NCBI GenBank assembly: GCA_963768835.1
Contig: CAVYJB010000001.1
Span: 216,420-280,419, forward strand
From: an uncultured bacterium
Lineage (GTDB): Bacteria; Patescibacteriota; Minisyncoccia; UBA6257; GWB1-50-10
DNA: 64,000 nucleotides
Direction of reading: 5' to 3'
The position numbers were made by a program, and so were the translations under genes. The notes beneath the pieces are model-generated. The model did no database searches and had not been told where the DNA came from. It worked only from the letters and a program-made list of their open reading frames with translations. The first letter of the stretch is position 1; every line of letters starts with the position of its first letter. Of this stretch, positions 17,977 to 29,161 are shown piece by piece.

Positions 17977-19638
17977 CTACTGCGCCAGATATTTGTCCAG
18001 GTTCAAGCCTTGGACATTTGTATGAGCAGTGTTCGGCCAGTTGGCGGCATCGAAGCGGGGCGCCGTCAGGCGGTAGGAGACCTGTCCGGCAGCGCTCCCA
18101 CGAATGGTGAGTGTCTCGCGGGAGACGTCCTTCTCGTACCACACGTCCCCGTCGAAGGACGGGAGAAGGAGCACCGCCACTTGCCTGAAGTTCGAAGCAA
18201 GATTCGCCGCGTTGGCGAAAAGCCAGAGATCGGATCCTTTCGGCGCGCCAGCAAGGTCAAGGGTTGCCGCATAGCCATTCCCCTGTTTTGTGAGCGTCGC
18301 CGTCCCCGCCGTCTCCTCCTTCTGCCCCGTCATACCGGTTCCGTAGGTCGCGTACTGTTTGCCACCAATGGTGTAAACCGGGTCCCAGGTAGCGACTGTG
18401 ATCTTCCCCCCGGCCAAGGAAAGCCATCCGCCGGCCGCGCTCGTAAGGGTCATGTTGCCGCTCGTGCCCGCCTGGAACCAGAGAGTCCCACCGTTGATAC
18501 CGATGGCATACTTGTTCGAACCATCATCCCAAAGAATGAGCCGGTCGCCACTTGCAATAGCTCCCGCCCCGCCGGGCCCAGAGTAGCCGCCATTGGAGAT
18601 AAGGACGGCGCCGTTTACATATAACGCCTCACCCACCACCGAAGAGTTCCCGACATCCATCTTGTAGCCGGTGGAATTGGGGTAAAGACCGCTTCCGGAG
18701 AGGGTCCAGTAAGGCGATGCAGCGCCCGCGGAACCCGTGGGGCCAGCGGGGCCGTTCGCGCCCGCGAAACCTCCGGTAGGACCTCGCGGACCGGTAGAGC
18801 CCTGCGCACCCGCGAAACCTCCGGTCGGACCTTGCGGACCGGTAGGGCCGTTTGCGCCCGCGAAACCTCCGGTCGGACCTACGGGCCCGGTCGAGCCGTT
18901 TGCTCCGTTCGTGCCGGTCGGACCTCGCGCACCCGTCGGACCCGCGGGACCCGTCCCGCCCGCAGAACCGTTCGTCCCGGCGGCTCCCTGTGGACCCTGC
19001 GGACCTGTTGCTCCGTTAGAACCGTTTGAGCCAGTAGGCCCCCTGGCGCCCGTAACTCCTCCGGGACCGGTTGCGCCGATCGCGCCGTTCGTGCCGGTCG
19101 GACCTTGGGCACCCGTAGGACCGCCAGGGCCTGTACCGCCAGTAGAACCGTTCGCGCCATTCGTGCCAGTCGGACCCCGCGGACCGGTCGGACCAGTTGG
19201 GCTTGCGCCATTCGCTCCCGCAGGACCTCCGGGGCCTGTGGGGCTCGTACCGTTCGCGCCCGCGGGCCCCGTGGAACCTGTGGGGCCCTGCACGCCAGTC
19301 GGACCCGCGGTCCCCGAAGGGCCGGTAACACCGGCGATTCCCTGGGGACCCGTTGGAGAAATTCCATTCGTGCCTGCAGGCCCCATGGGACCCGAAGGGC
19401 CAGTCGCACCTTGCGCTCCATGCCAGTTCACCCACGATGAACTGTTGCAAATTAAGTGTGACCCCGTCGTGGAGGAGAAGTAAACCGTACCGGCGTTAGC
19501 TGAGTTGCAGGTGACGGGCGGCGTCGAGGTCGGCACAAAATTGAGCGTTGTAAGTTGCTGCCCGCTCGCAACCAAAGCGACGCCCATTCCGGCAATGAGG
19601 ATGACGCCAGCGAGGTTGTGGAGAGTGCGTCGATCCAT
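17977..19638 (-). CDS. collagen-like triple-helix repeat protein (GPT/GXY repeats) with conserved C-terminal globular domain
   Basis: signal peptide, about 80 Gly-X-Y triplets rich in GPTG/GATG, C-terminal ~240 aa shared with 19651..21369 and 31237..32307. Confidence 0.8.
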   Translation of the reverse strand: MDRRTLHNLAGVILIAGMGVALVASGQQLTTLNFVPTSTPPVTCNSANAGTVYFSSTTGSHLICNSSSWVNWHGAQGATGPSGPMGPAGTNGISPTGPQGIAGVTGPSGTAGPTGVQGPTGSTGPAGANGTSPTGPGGPAGANGASPTGPTGPRGPTGTNGANGSTGGTGPGGPTGAQGPTGTNGAIGATGPGGVTGARGPTGSNGSNGATGPQGPQGAAGTNGSAGGTGPAGPTGARGPTGTNGANGSTGPVGPTGGFAGANGPTGPQGPTGGFAGAQGSTGPRGPTGGFAGANGPAGPTGSAGAASPYWTLSGSGLYPNSTGYKMDVGNSSVVGEALYVNGAVLISNGGYSGPGGAGAIASGDRLILWDDGSNKYAIGINGGTLWFQAGTSGNMTLTSAAGGWLSLAGGKITVATWDPVYTIGGKQYATYGTGMTGQKEETAGTATLTKQGNGYAATLDLAGAPKGSDLWLFANAANLASNFRQVAVLLLPSFDGDVWYEKDVSRETLTIRGSAAGQVSYRLTAPRFDAANWPNTAHTNVQGLNLDKYLAQ

Positions 19639-19650
19639 AGCAGTACAGGC

Positions 19651-21369
19651 TTATCGGGAAAGGAACGTGTCGAGGTTCAGCCCTTCTGTTGCTTCGTTGG
19701 AGGTATTCGGCCAGTTGGCACTGTCAAAGCGAGGTGCGGTCAGACGATAGCTCACCTCGTACGGTCCGGCATCGGAAGCGCTGCTGTTCTCTCGGCCGAG
19801 AATCGTGAGTGTCTTCGCAGCTATGTCCTTCTCATACCACACGCGACCGGGGAACGAGGGGGTCACGAGTGCCGTGAGCCCGTCGAAAGCGTTCACAAGG
19901 TTGGTCGCCTTTCCGAAAAGCCAAACGTCCGAACCCTGGGGGAGATTATTAAAATCAAAAACGTACGCGAGGAGACCTGGCGTACCCGTCGGCTGGAGAT
20001 CGACAAGCCCCGCCGTCTCCTCCTTTTGTCCTGTCATACCGGTTCCGTAGGTCGCGTACTGTTTGCCACCAATGGTGTAAACCGGGTCCCAGGTACCCAC
20101 GGTAATTTTCCCCGCCCCTCCATAAGGACCGTTGCCCACGGTGAGTGTGCCCCCAGAGCCGTTTGAAAGACTCATATATCCGCTCGTGCCCGCTTGGAAC
20201 CAGAGGTTTCCACCGACGATCCCGATGCTGTACTTGTTCGAACCATCATCCCAGAGGATAAGCCGGTCGCCCGTGCTGATACTGCCCGCGGCTCCTGGGC
20301 TGTTCACCGTGCCGGGGTTTATGAGCGCAGCGCCCGTGACATTCAGTTTATAATTCCCCGGCGAGGAGTTCCCGATACCGACATTGTAGGTAGTGGAATT
20401 CGGGTAGAGACTGCTTCCGGAGAGGGTCCAGTAGGAACTCCCTGCGCTGCCCCCAGGACCCGTGGGGCCGGTCGAACCGGTTGGGCCCGCAGGACCCTGA
20501 ATACCTGTAGGACCAGCGATACCGGTTGGGCCCGCAGGACCCTGAATACCTGTAGGACCAGCGATACCGGTCGGACCCGCAGGACCCTGGATACCCGTAG
20601 GACCTACGCCACCGTTCGTGCCTGCAGCACCTTGAAGACCCGTGGGGCCGTTGGGACCGGTAGGGCCTACACCACCGTTAGAGCCGTTCGAGCCTGTATT
20701 GCCAGTGGGACCGGTAGGACCCGCACCACCGTTGGAACCTCCGGCGCCTGTAAGACCCGTGGGACCGGTGGGACCGGTGGGACCCCCACCGCCATTGGAG
20801 CCGGCAGAACCCGTGAGCCCCGTCGGGCCTGTGGCACCCGTGGGACCTGCACCACCGTTAGAGCCGTTCGAGCCTGCTGCACCTTGAAGACCTGTCGGGC
20901 CTCCCGGACCTGTTGAACCATTGGTTCCTGCGCTTCCCGTCGGACCTGTCGGGCCTGTTGAACCGTTCGAACCTGCACCTCCCGTGGGACCTGCCGAGCC
21001 AGTAGGTCCGGTCGGACCCTGCCCTTGACCCGTAGGGCCGGTCGCACCCTGAAGACCTGTGGGACCGTTCGAGCCGTTCGCGCCCGCCGAGCCTGAGGGA
21101 CCCGTAGGGCCGGTCGCGCCTGTGGCGCCAGCGTAGGTACTCCACCCTACACCATTACAGATGTACTCATTATTATCTGTGCCGAAATAGACAGCTCCTT
21201 TATTGGATCCGCCGCTGCAGCTGAGAGGCGCCGAAGCCTGAGGCACGAATTTAATGCTTTGAAGCAACTGGGCCTGCGCAAGGTAGGCAACACCGCTTGC
21301 GACAACTGCAAGCGCGAGTCCGATAACGACATGCTCGATCCTAAAATGTTTCCGCATGCGGGGGAACAA
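19651..21369 (-). CDS. collagen-like triple-helix repeat protein, paralog
   Basis: same architecture as 17977..19638; conserved [28 protein letters not shown] block. Confidence 0.8.
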   Translation of the reverse strand: MFPRMRKHFRIEHVVIGLALAVVASGVAYLAQAQLLQSIKFVPQASAPLSCSGGSNKGAVYFGTDNNEYICNGVGWSTYAGATGATGPTGPSGSAGANGSNGPTGLQGATGPTGQGQGPTGPTGSAGPTGGAGSNGSTGPTGPTGSAGTNGSTGPGGPTGLQGAAGSNGSNGGAGPTGATGPTGLTGSAGSNGGGGPTGPTGPTGLTGAGGSNGGAGPTGPTGNTGSNGSNGGVGPTGPNGPTGLQGAAGTNGGVGPTGIQGPAGPTGIAGPTGIQGPAGPTGIAGPTGIQGPAGPTGSTGPTGPGGSAGSSYWTLSGSSLYPNSTTYNVGIGNSSPGNYKLNVTGAALINPGTVNSPGAAGSISTGDRLILWDDGSNKYSIGIVGGNLWFQAGTSGYMSLSNGSGGTLTVGNGPYGGAGKITVGTWDPVYTIGGKQYATYGTGMTGQKEETAGLVDLQPTGTPGLLAYVFDFNNLPQGSDVWLFGKATNLVNAFDGLTALVTPSFPGRVWYEKDIAAKTLTILGRENSSASDAGPYEVSYRLTAPRFDSANWPNTSNEATEGLNLDTFLSR

Positions 21370-21375
21370 TATCCG

Positions 21376-21858
21376 TCACTTCGCAAGACTGAGACATGAA
21401 GCGACCCGCGTTTTATCGGTGAGGGTCGAGCAGAGGGACGGGTTTTTGGAATCGCGCGCCATCACAATGATCGTGCTGTCCACACACCCACTTTGATAGA
21501 CCGGATTTTCTATATTGTTACAGATGGAAGTGTTCTTTGCGTCTCCTGCCTGCGCCGTAAATACGGCGACGCGGCAATATTCTTTTGAAGAAGAAATCCC
21601 GATCATATCGCACTTTGTGAGGTCGCGGTTGTTCTGCGCATCCGTCGTCATCGCGCGGATGGCAGCCGGGTCGGTCACAAGAGGCACTGAAGGCACGGGC
21701 TGCGGAGATACGGCTGACCCTCCCCCCGCGCCAGGGTTCATCTGCCCTGACCCGATGACACCACCAAGATAAAGCACCGCGACGAATGCGAAGACGATGA
21801 CCGCAATGACGCCTGCTAGAACCTTAGGATCCTTTTTCCAATCAGCTCCGTTTTCCAT
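21376..21858 (-). CDS. small membrane-anchored Cys-rich protein
   Basis: ORF runs to 22305 but overlaps the + strand gene; start at MENGADW (21858) gives 160 aa with one TM helix. Confidence 0.45.
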   Translation of the reverse strand: MENGADWKKDPKVLAGVIAVIVFAFVAVLYLGGVIGSGQMNPGAGGGSAVSPQPVPSVPLVTDPAAIRAMTTDAQNNRDLTKCDMIGISSSKEYCRVAVFTAQAGDAKNTSICNNIENPVYQSGCVDSTIIVMARDSKNPSLCSTLTDKTRVASCLSLAK

Positions 21859-21987
21859 AAATAAATGTGTTTTCTCGCGTATGAAAATTCCGAGGACCTT
21901 TCTATTTCCTCTATTATAGCACACGCCACTCACCGCCTGATGCGGGAGACGGGAGAATAGTCTCAAGCCTCCACTGGAACCGAAAAA

Positions 21988-23766
21988 ATGGGATATACTT
22001 ACCGCATGGAATCCCGACCGCGCATGCCCGCACGCACCCGAACCTTCGTGGCGTGTGCCCTCGGGGTACTCGCGCTCACCATTCTCGCCTACTCGAATCA
22101 CTTCGGTAATACCTTCCATTTCGACGATACGCACACCATCGTGGATAACGCCTATGTCCACGACATCACGAACCTCCCCCGCTTCTTTACAGACGTCCGG
22201 ACAAACAGCGCGACACCGAACAACCAGGTCTATCGTCCTCTCCTTCTCTCTCTCTTCGCGCTTGACTACTGGATCGGCGGCGGGCTGAACCCCGTCGTTT
22301 TCCATCTCACAATCTTCGCATTCTTCCTCCTTCTCGGTTTCCTTCTCTTTCTTGTCCTCAAGAAGGTGATGGACCAGGCGCGCCCAGGACCCCGGAACGA
22401 TATCATCGCACTCATCGGGACCGCGCTCTTCCTTCTCTCCCCCGCAAACACCGAAGGTGTGAACTATATTTTCTCAAGCTCGGAGGTCCTGGTGACCGTG
22501 TCCGTACTCGCTGCGTTCGCGCTCTACCTCTACCGCCCTGCGTGGAGGAAGTATTGCCTCTACCTCATCCCCATCGTCCTCGGCTCGCTCGTGAAGCTCT
22601 CGACTGTGATGTTCGGCCCGCTCCTTTTCGTCTACCTCTTCTTCTTTGAGCATGAGGACCCCACACCGCGTTTCGCGCGCCGCTTCGCCCGCGCACTCGC
22701 GCAGTCGGCGCCCGCCCTGATCCTTTCGGGCATCCTTTATCTTTTCGTCCGTTCGATGGACGCGCCCTGGGTCGTCCTCTCGACCACGCCGGTCTGGAAC
22801 TATCTCATCACGCAGCCGTTCGTTCTTTTGAGCTACGTCACGACGTTTTTCCTCCCGATCCATCTCTCGGTCGACACGGACTGGGGTGTCGCGACCGGCG
22901 TGCTCACCCCCGGGGTGCTCATCGGCGTCGCGTTCATTATTCTCTCGCTCATCGCCGCCTACCGTACCTCCCTCAAGCGCGAAATGCGGCCCATCGCGTT
23001 CGGCATCCTCTGGTACTTCATCGCCGCGCTTCCCACCTCAAGCATCGTCCCTTTCTCCGAGGTGACGAACGACCACCGCGCTTTCTTCTCCTACGTCGGG
23101 CTCGTGCTCGCGCTTGTGTGGTCCCTCTATCTTCTCTTCGAGCGCCACCACGAGCTGTTCGCCCGCGACCGGCGCCTCCGAGCCCTCCTCTACGCTCTCA
23201 TCTTCGCGGTCCTCGCGGCGAGCGCCATCGGAACGTACAACCGTAACAAGGTATGGAAAACCGAGGAATCGCTCTGGCAGGACGCCGCGGAAAAGAGTCC
23301 CTTGAACGGCCGGGCACTCATGAACTATGGCTTAACGCAGATGGCGAGGGGGCACTACAGCACGGCGAAGGAATACTTCGAGCGGGGGCTCACGCTCCTG
23401 CCGGCGTATCCCTATCTCGAGATCAACCTCGGCATCGTGAACAACGCGCTGGAGAACACCGCGGACGCGGAGGCGCACTTCGCCCGCGCGTACGCGCTCG
23501 CGCCCGACCTCCCGCAGGCAGCATTCTACTACGGGCAGTTCCTTTACACGCACGGTAGCTCGACCGACGGGTTCCCGCTTCTCGCCAAGGCGCTTACGGA
23601 GAGCCCCGGAGCACTCGACGCGCGGGATTCCATTATGCAGACCCTCGCCGACGCCCACGATTACGCGCGGCTCGCGGACATCGCACGTCAAGTCCTTGCG
23701 TCCTCACCGAACGACCCGACCGCCCTCCGGTACCTCGGGATGGCCGCAACATCCACCGCGCCGTAG
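21988..23766 (+). CDS. polytopic membrane protein with C-terminal TPR repeats (GT-C/PMT-like glycosyltransferase candidate)
   Basis: about 11 TM helices then TPR-like ALMNYGLTQMARGHYSTAKEYFERGL repeats. Confidence 0.7.
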   Translation: MGYTYRMESRPRMPARTRTFVACALGVLALTILAYSNHFGNTFHFDDTHTIVDNAYVHDITNLPRFFTDVRTNSATPNNQVYRPLLLSLFALDYWIGGGLNPVVFHLTIFAFFLLLGFLLFLVLKKVMDQARPGPRNDIIALIGTALFLLSPANTEGVNYIFSSSEVLVTVSVLAAFALYLYRPAWRKYCLYLIPIVLGSLVKLSTVMFGPLLFVYLFFFEHEDPTPRFARRFARALAQSAPALILSGILYLFVRSMDAPWVVLSTTPVWNYLITQPFVLLSYVTTFFLPIHLSVDTDWGVATGVLTPGVLIGVAFIILSLIAAYRTSLKREMRPIAFGILWYFIAALPTSSIVPFSEVTNDHRAFFSYVGLVLALVWSLYLLFERHHELFARDRRLRALLYALIFAVLAASAIGTYNRNKVWKTEESLWQDAAEKSPLNGRALMNYGLTQMARGHYSTAKEYFERGLTLLPAYPYLEINLGIVNNALENTADAEAHFARAYALAPDLPQAAFYYGQFLYTHGSSTDGFPLLAKALTESPGALDARDSIMQTLADAHDYARLADIARQVLASSPNDPTALRYLGMAATSTAP

Positions 23767-23772
23767 CAGCCG

Positions 23773-25956
23773 CTACGGCGTTTTCTTCATGGCGGCGGTC
23801 AGCTGGTCCAGGTTATTCTTGGCCCGCGTGAAGTCGGGCTTCAGGGCGAGCGCTGTTTTGTAGGCTGCGAGAGCGCTGTCGTCCATCCCCTTCGACTGGT
23901 AAACGAATCCGAGATTGTTGTAGGCCTCGGCGTAGGAGGAATTCTCCCGTATAGCCTCTTTGGTGGCCGCGAGCGCGGTATCCCAGTCACCCGCCTCGAT
24001 GGCCACGAAGCCGAGATTGAAGAAATTCTCCGGCGTGGGAGTCGCGTCCGCGACACGCTGCGCGGTCGCGACGTTCGCGGCGTTCTGCGCCGCGATGCCC
24101 GGCGCGGTGTCATTGATATAGTACACAAAGATGGAGTGGCCGATGGTCGTGACGGGCCGGTAGGCTCCGAGCCATCGGTAGGAATCGCTGGACCAACCGT
24201 TCCTCGGGCCCGGTTCTGTCTGTCCCCACGCGAGCGCGCGGGCCGGGATCGCGACCCATCCCAGGACCGGGGTTGCAGGAGGAAGTTCGCGGTACCGGTT
24301 CCCGAGGTAGTACGGGAAACTGGAGCTGAACGCGGCGGCGGAGAAAAGCCCCGGCGTGCCCTCGTACGAGACGGCGACCTGCGACGCAACCTGGATGGTC
24401 GGAATACCCTGAGCCCCGACCCAGTCCGCGAGACGCCGGGCATCCTGTCCCCAATCGAGATCGGTGTCGACCACGTAGCGGTAGCCGCCATCGGGGCCGC
24501 CCACGAGTTCGTTGAAGTAGGCGAGGAAGGAGGGATAGACCGAGGCAACCGCGATCACCTGCCACGCGATGAGCGCGGTCACCACGATGACGCGCCAGAC
24601 TTTGCCGTTCTCGAGCCATTGGGCGACTCCGGCGCCAATCAGGAGAAACACGAAGGGGAGCGTCGGGATGAGATATCGGACGCCGGTGTTGATGGAATTC
24701 GGCACGATGAGAACGAACCAGTAGAAAAGTACCCAGAGGACCGCCGCGGCCGTGAAGAGATGTGCGCGGATCCACGGCGCGACGACGGTGGTGTAGGTCT
24801 CGCGCACTTTCTTGCGCGTGAGCGCTCCGAGCCCGACGAGAATCGTGATCAGCGTGAGGATATGGAATGCGAGCGGCTCCTTGATGGCGTACCCGACCGG
24901 GAAGAAAAGCGGGAAACCGGTCGTCGAGCCCTGGCCCTCGAAGTACGCGAACGCGGATCCTCGCGTGTACTGCCAGAGAACTCCGGTCAGGTATTCGGCG
25001 AACGGCCGCAGCACCGGAACGGTCGCGAGCGACGAGATCTCCGGCGCAAGAGGCGCCCATTTTGTCGAGGTTATGATGGTCCGGATATCGTCGGCCTGCT
25101 GCCCGGCCGGGTACCGGGCGATGTGGAGCTGGTAAACGGCTCCCACCACCACGATGCAGACAAGCCCTATAAGGAGTAGTTTGGGGAGAATCGCCCGGAC
25201 GCCCTTCCAGAAGGAACGCCACCCTGCGCTCCGCGCGACGGCCCACACGACCACGAGCAGAAGGAAGAACGGAATGAGGAGGAGGAGCGAGAACTTCACA
25301 AGCTCCGCGATGCCGAGCACGACGCCGGCGGCGAGCGCGGTCTTGCGGGTGGGCGAACCGAGAAACCGGACAAACCAGTAGGTCGCCAAGAACGCGGCGA
25401 ACGCCGTCATCACGTCCGTCGTCACGAGACGCCCATGCCCCAAGATGAGCGGCGAGGTCGTGAAGAGCGCAAGCGCGATGAAGCCCGCGGTCGTTCCCCA
25501 GTGCCGGCGGGTCAGCGCGAATACGCACCACCCGAAGAGGAGTGTGAGAAGGATCATGGGCAGGCGAGCCCACCAGAGAATCACATCGACCGGCTTCGTC
25601 TGGTTGAACAGGAATTGCTCACCAAAGGACCACACCGCATCGCTCAGGTTGGTGCCCGGCGGAAGATTCAAGAAATCGGAGGCGGGACGAAGGTTGAGAA
25701 ACAGGAGCGGAATCGCCGCGATATCCCGCACGAGGGGCGGGTGCTCGAACCCGACACGCATCGTCTGTTCCGTAAGATAGAGATAGCCGGTGGGAAGATA
25801 GAGGGACTCGTCCGTCGTATAGGTATCGCCATGCACGGAGAACGCCATCGCGGTCCCCATCCCGAGGAGCAGCGCGCACGCGAGAACCGTTTGCCAGGAG
25901 GGCTGCCGGAACCTCTTTTTCGGATGCTCGTCCACGCTACAGAGTATACTCGACAA
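23773..25956 (-). CDS. GT39/ArnT-PMT-like membrane glycosyltransferase with C-terminal TPR repeats
   Basis: N-terminal multi-TM domain typical of polyprenyl-phosphate-sugar dependent GT-C enzymes; C-terminal TPR (AYNNLGFVYQSKG...). Confidence 0.75.
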   Translation of the reverse strand: MSSILCSVDEHPKKRFRQPSWQTVLACALLLGMGTAMAFSVHGDTYTTDESLYLPTGYLYLTEQTMRVGFEHPPLVRDIAAIPLLFLNLRPASDFLNLPPGTNLSDAVWSFGEQFLFNQTKPVDVILWWARLPMILLTLLFGWCVFALTRRHWGTTAGFIALALFTTSPLILGHGRLVTTDVMTAFAAFLATYWFVRFLGSPTRKTALAAGVVLGIAELVKFSLLLLIPFFLLLVVVWAVARSAGWRSFWKGVRAILPKLLLIGLVCIVVVGAVYQLHIARYPAGQQADDIRTIITSTKWAPLAPEISSLATVPVLRPFAEYLTGVLWQYTRGSAFAYFEGQGSTTGFPLFFPVGYAIKEPLAFHILTLITILVGLGALTRKKVRETYTTVVAPWIRAHLFTAAAVLWVLFYWFVLIVPNSINTGVRYLIPTLPFVFLLIGAGVAQWLENGKVWRVIVVTALIAWQVIAVASVYPSFLAYFNELVGGPDGGYRYVVDTDLDWGQDARRLADWVGAQGIPTIQVASQVAVSYEGTPGLFSAAAFSSSFPYYLGNRYRELPPATPVLGWVAIPARALAWGQTEPGPRNGWSSDSYRWLGAYRPVTTIGHSIFVYYINDTAPGIAAQNAANVATAQRVADATPTPENFFNLGFVAIEAGDWDTALAATKEAIRENSSYAEAYNNLGFVYQSKGMDDSALAAYKTALALKPDFTRAKNNLDQLTAAMKKTP

Positions 25957-25987
25957 CCTTTCTTGATGGAACCTCAGGAATGCGGGT

Positions 25988-27028
25988 ATGATGAGACCAA
26001 TGACGACACCTCGTCACATCCTCGTGACCGGCGGCGGCGGATTCCTGGGGTCAGTGCTTGTCCCTCTTCTCCTCGACCACGGGTACCACGTGACTGTCCT
26101 TGACCGTTTCTTCTTCGGGCGTGGCACGCTTGCCGCGTGCTCCTCGAACCCCCGCTGCAAGCTTGTCGAAGCCGACACGCGCACCGCGCCGGAGACCCTC
26201 TTCCAGGGCATCGATTCCGTCGTCGACCTTGCGGCGCTCTCGAACGACCCCTTGAGCGAGCTCAAACCCGAAACGACCCTCGACATCAACTTCCACGCCC
26301 GGGTGCGCACCGCGACGCTCGCGAAAAGGCACGGAGTGGGACGGTACGTGCTTGCCTCGACCTGCAGCGTCTACGGGTTCCAAAACGGCGTTCTCACAGA
26401 GACCGCCGTTTTGAATCCGCTCACGACCTACGCGCGCGCGGCCGCGCGCGCCGAGGAACGCACCCTCGCGCTCTCCGACGGAACCTTTGCGGTGACCGCC
26501 CTGCGGCAGGGAACGCTCTATGGCCTTTCGCCGCGAATGCGCTTCGACATCGTGGTGAATACCCTCACGCTGTCGCTCTTCCGCGACGGGAAACTCCACC
26601 TCAACGGGGGCGACCAGTGGCGTCCCCTCCTCCATGTGGGAGACTCCGCCCGCGCGTTCCTTGCCGTGCTGGAGGCGCCCCCCGCGGCCGTCGGAGGCCA
26701 GGTCTTCAACGTCGGTGCAACAGCCCAGAACTTCCAGCTGAACCACCTCGCCACGCTCATCGTACGCACCCTCGATATCCCGCCAAGGATAGAGACGACG
26801 GAGGCGTACGACCATCGTTCGTACCGAACCTCCTCCGCGAAAATAGAGCGGACCCTCGGCTTCATGACGCAGAAAACGCCGGAGCACGGCGCGCGGGAGG
26901 TGTACGGGGCGCTCCGCACGGGAAGCGTCACTGCAGAAAAAAGCACCATCACGCTTGAGTGGTACAAGCATCTCCTCTCAGGCGACCCGGGGATTCTCGA
27001 TCCCCGCGATATCTCCCACACCGCATAA
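25988..27028 (+). CDS. NAD-dependent epimerase/dehydratase (SDR family)
   Basis: ILVTGGGGFLGSVLV Rossmann motif. Confidence 0.85.
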   Translation: MMRPMTTPRHILVTGGGGFLGSVLVPLLLDHGYHVTVLDRFFFGRGTLAACSSNPRCKLVEADTRTAPETLFQGIDSVVDLAALSNDPLSELKPETTLDINFHARVRTATLAKRHGVGRYVLASTCSVYGFQNGVLTETAVLNPLTTYARAAARAEERTLALSDGTFAVTALRQGTLYGLSPRMRFDIVVNTLTLSLFRDGKLHLNGGDQWRPLLHVGDSARAFLAVLEAPPAAVGGQVFNVGATAQNFQLNHLATLIVRTLDIPPRIETTEAYDHRSYRTSSAKIERTLGFMTQKTPEHGAREVYGALRTGSVTAEKSTITLEWYKHLLSGDPGILDPRDISHTA

Positions 27029-27034
27029 CGGCCT

Positions 27035-28312
27035 ATGACTACCACAGCTCTCCACGAAGGACGGGCGCCTCTCCGCCATTCCGCTGCATGTCTTATCTGC
27101 GGCGGCACGAAACTCACGCCGTACCTCGACCTCGGAAGGACCGCGCTCGCGAACTCGTACCTTACCCCGCGCGACCTCGGGAAACCGGAGTTCACGGCCC
27201 CGCTTGTCGTCCACTGGTGCCACACCTGCCACTTGGCGCAGCTTCTCGATATCGTGGATCGCGAGCTTCTCTTCCGGGACTACGCCTACTTTTCATCGAC
27301 CTCTCCGCAGCTTTTCCAGCATTTCGGCGAGTACGCCGAGGACGTCATGCGCCGATATCCGAACCAGGCCAAACGCCTCGTTCTTGAGATCGCCTCGAAC
27401 GACGGAATACTCCTCGAGCCGTTCAAGGCGCGCGGGTGCAAGGTGCTAGGCGTTGACCCGGCACGGAACGTCGCGGAGACCGCGAACGCAAAAGGGATTC
27501 CCACGATGCCTGAGTTCTTCGGTGTGAAATTAGTCCCCGAGATCCTCGCGCAGCATGGTCCGGCAGGAGTCGTGACCGCGAACAACGTTCTTGCGCACAC
27601 GGACACGCTCCATGATATCGTCGCGGGAACGAAAGCGGTCCTTGCGCCCGACGGAATCTTCGTCTTTGAAGCGCAGTATCTCGCTGACCTTCTGGACCAC
27701 AACGAATTCGACAATACATACCACGAGCACATCTGTTACTTCTCATTCTCCCCGCTTGAGTTTCTTCTCGAACGCCACGGCCTGAAGGTCATTGACGTAC
27801 AACACGTCGGCACGCAGGGCGGTTCTCTCCGCGTCTTTGCCTCGCACGCCGCTGCGACGTTCACAGAGACCTCCGCCGTCGGAGCGCTACGAGCCGTGGA
27901 GCACGAACGAGGCCTTGACCGTGCGGAAACCTTCCTCGCGTTTTCCGCTCGGCCCGCGGAGGTCAAAAAACGCCTGACGACGCTCCTCGGCAACCTGAAG
28001 AAGAACGGGAAGCGGATCGCCGGATACGGCGCGCCGGCGAAAGGCAACACCCTTCTTCAGTATTGCGGTTTGGGGAACGAAACCTTCGATTATCTTGTTG
28101 ATACCGCACCCTCGAAGCAGGGTACCTACGCGCCGGGGAGCCACATCCCCATCTTTCATCCCGACCACGCGAAAGGGAACCGGCCCGATTACCTCGTCAT
28201 CCTTGCCTGGAACTACGCGGACTCCATCCGAGAACGGGAACGATGGTTCACTGATGCGGGCGGGACGTTTATCGTTCCGATACCCGAGCCCCAAGTATTT
28301 GCAACCGCATGA
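27035..28312 (+). CDS. NDP-hexose C-methyltransferase-like class I SAM methyltransferase
   Basis: N-terminal Cys4 zinc-ribbon (CLICGG...CHTCHLAQL), central methyltransferase fold, C-terminal C-methyltransferase-like domain. Confidence 0.75.
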   Translation: MTTTALHEGRAPLRHSAACLICGGTKLTPYLDLGRTALANSYLTPRDLGKPEFTAPLVVHWCHTCHLAQLLDIVDRELLFRDYAYFSSTSPQLFQHFGEYAEDVMRRYPNQAKRLVLEIASNDGILLEPFKARGCKVLGVDPARNVAETANAKGIPTMPEFFGVKLVPEILAQHGPAGVVTANNVLAHTDTLHDIVAGTKAVLAPDGIFVFEAQYLADLLDHNEFDNTYHEHICYFSFSPLEFLLERHGLKVIDVQHVGTQGGSLRVFASHAAATFTETSAVGALRAVEHERGLDRAETFLAFSARPAEVKKRLTTLLGNLKKNGKRIAGYGAPAKGNTLLQYCGLGNETFDYLVDTAPSKQGTYAPGSHIPIFHPDHAKGNRPDYLVILAWNYADSIRERERWFTDAGGTFIVPIPEPQVFATA

Positions 28313-29142
28313 ACGCGCGAAACGACACGATCCTTCTGACCGGGGGAGACGGCACGGTGGGAAACCAGTTTCCGGCTGATGTAAAACCTCCGCGGAGCGA
28401 GTTTGATATTCTGGACCCCGAAAGTATTTCCCGAGCTCTCGCGCGGTACCGCCCCTCGGTCATTGTCCATCTCGCGGCAATGACCGACATGCTCGCGTGC
28501 GAGCAGAATCCGGATGCGGCGCACGCGACTAATGTCACGGGAACCGCGAATCTCGCGACCGCGTGCCGTGGACATGGCGTTTTCCTTGTATATGTTTCGA
28601 CATGCGCGGTATTTGACGGGTCGAAGGCCACTCCTTATACCGAGCAGGATAAGCCAAGTCCTCGCTCCGTCTACGGAAAAACCAAACTTCTCGGCGAGCG
28701 CGCCGCGCTCGAAACCGTTCCCCATGCGCTCGTCGTGCGGACGGGTTGGCTTTTCGGCGGCGCGGGCAAACAAGGCAACCACTTCGTGGAAAAAGCGATC
28801 GCGACATTCAAGCAAAACAGACCCGTCAGAGCGACCGATGACCGCTATGGCTCGCCGACCCTCATCTCCGACTTCGCGATCGCGGTCCGTTCGCTCATTG
28901 AATCCCGGGCGTCTGGCGTGCGCCACGTCGTGAATGACGGCTTAGCGTCGTACCTCGACATCGCGAATGCGATCCAAACCGCAGGGTCGTTTGCCGCGCC
29001 CGTCACCCCCGTTCCCGCGAAGGTCGTCGAAAATCCGGTTGTCTACCGCGGGGCGATGGAAGGACTCATTTCGGAGCATATGCGCTTGCGGCGCTGGAAT
29101 GATGCGCTCCGAGAATACATGGGAAGCGGGATGTTAGGATAG
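28309..29142 (+). CDS. dTDP-4-dehydrorhamnose reductase (RmlD)-like SDR
   Basis: ILLTGGDGTVG motif, 277 aa, overlaps upstream stop. Confidence 0.75.
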   Translation: MNARNDTILLTGGDGTVGNQFPADVKPPRSEFDILDPESISRALARYRPSVIVHLAAMTDMLACEQNPDAAHATNVTGTANLATACRGHGVFLVYVSTCAVFDGSKATPYTEQDKPSPRSVYGKTKLLGERAALETVPHALVVRTGWLFGGAGKQGNHFVEKAIATFKQNRPVRATDDRYGSPTLISDFAIAVRSLIESRASGVRHVVNDGLASYLDIANAIQTAGSFAAPVTPVPAKVVENPVVYRGAMEGLISEHMRLRRWNDALREYMGSGMLG

Positions 29143-29161
29143 ACCGCGCGAGGCGTGCGGT

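Noticed and set aside
18737-19483. 248-aa Pro/Ala/Gly-rich + strand ORF, plus several Arg-rich ORFs on both strands inside 17977..21369
   Set aside because: These are mirror-frame readings of the GC-rich GXY repeat DNA of the collagen-like genes, and the minus-strand genes have signal peptides and a conserved C-terminal domain.
24110-25573. 487-aa minus and 347-aa plus Arg-rich ORFs
   Set aside because: These are shadow ORFs inside the 727-aa glycosyltransferase gene with Arg/Pro-rich low-complexity composition typical of off-frame GC-rich DNA.
26051-26971. Long alternative-frame ORFs across the epimerase gene
   Set aside because: These are shadow frames, and the + strand frame has a clear Rossmann motif.
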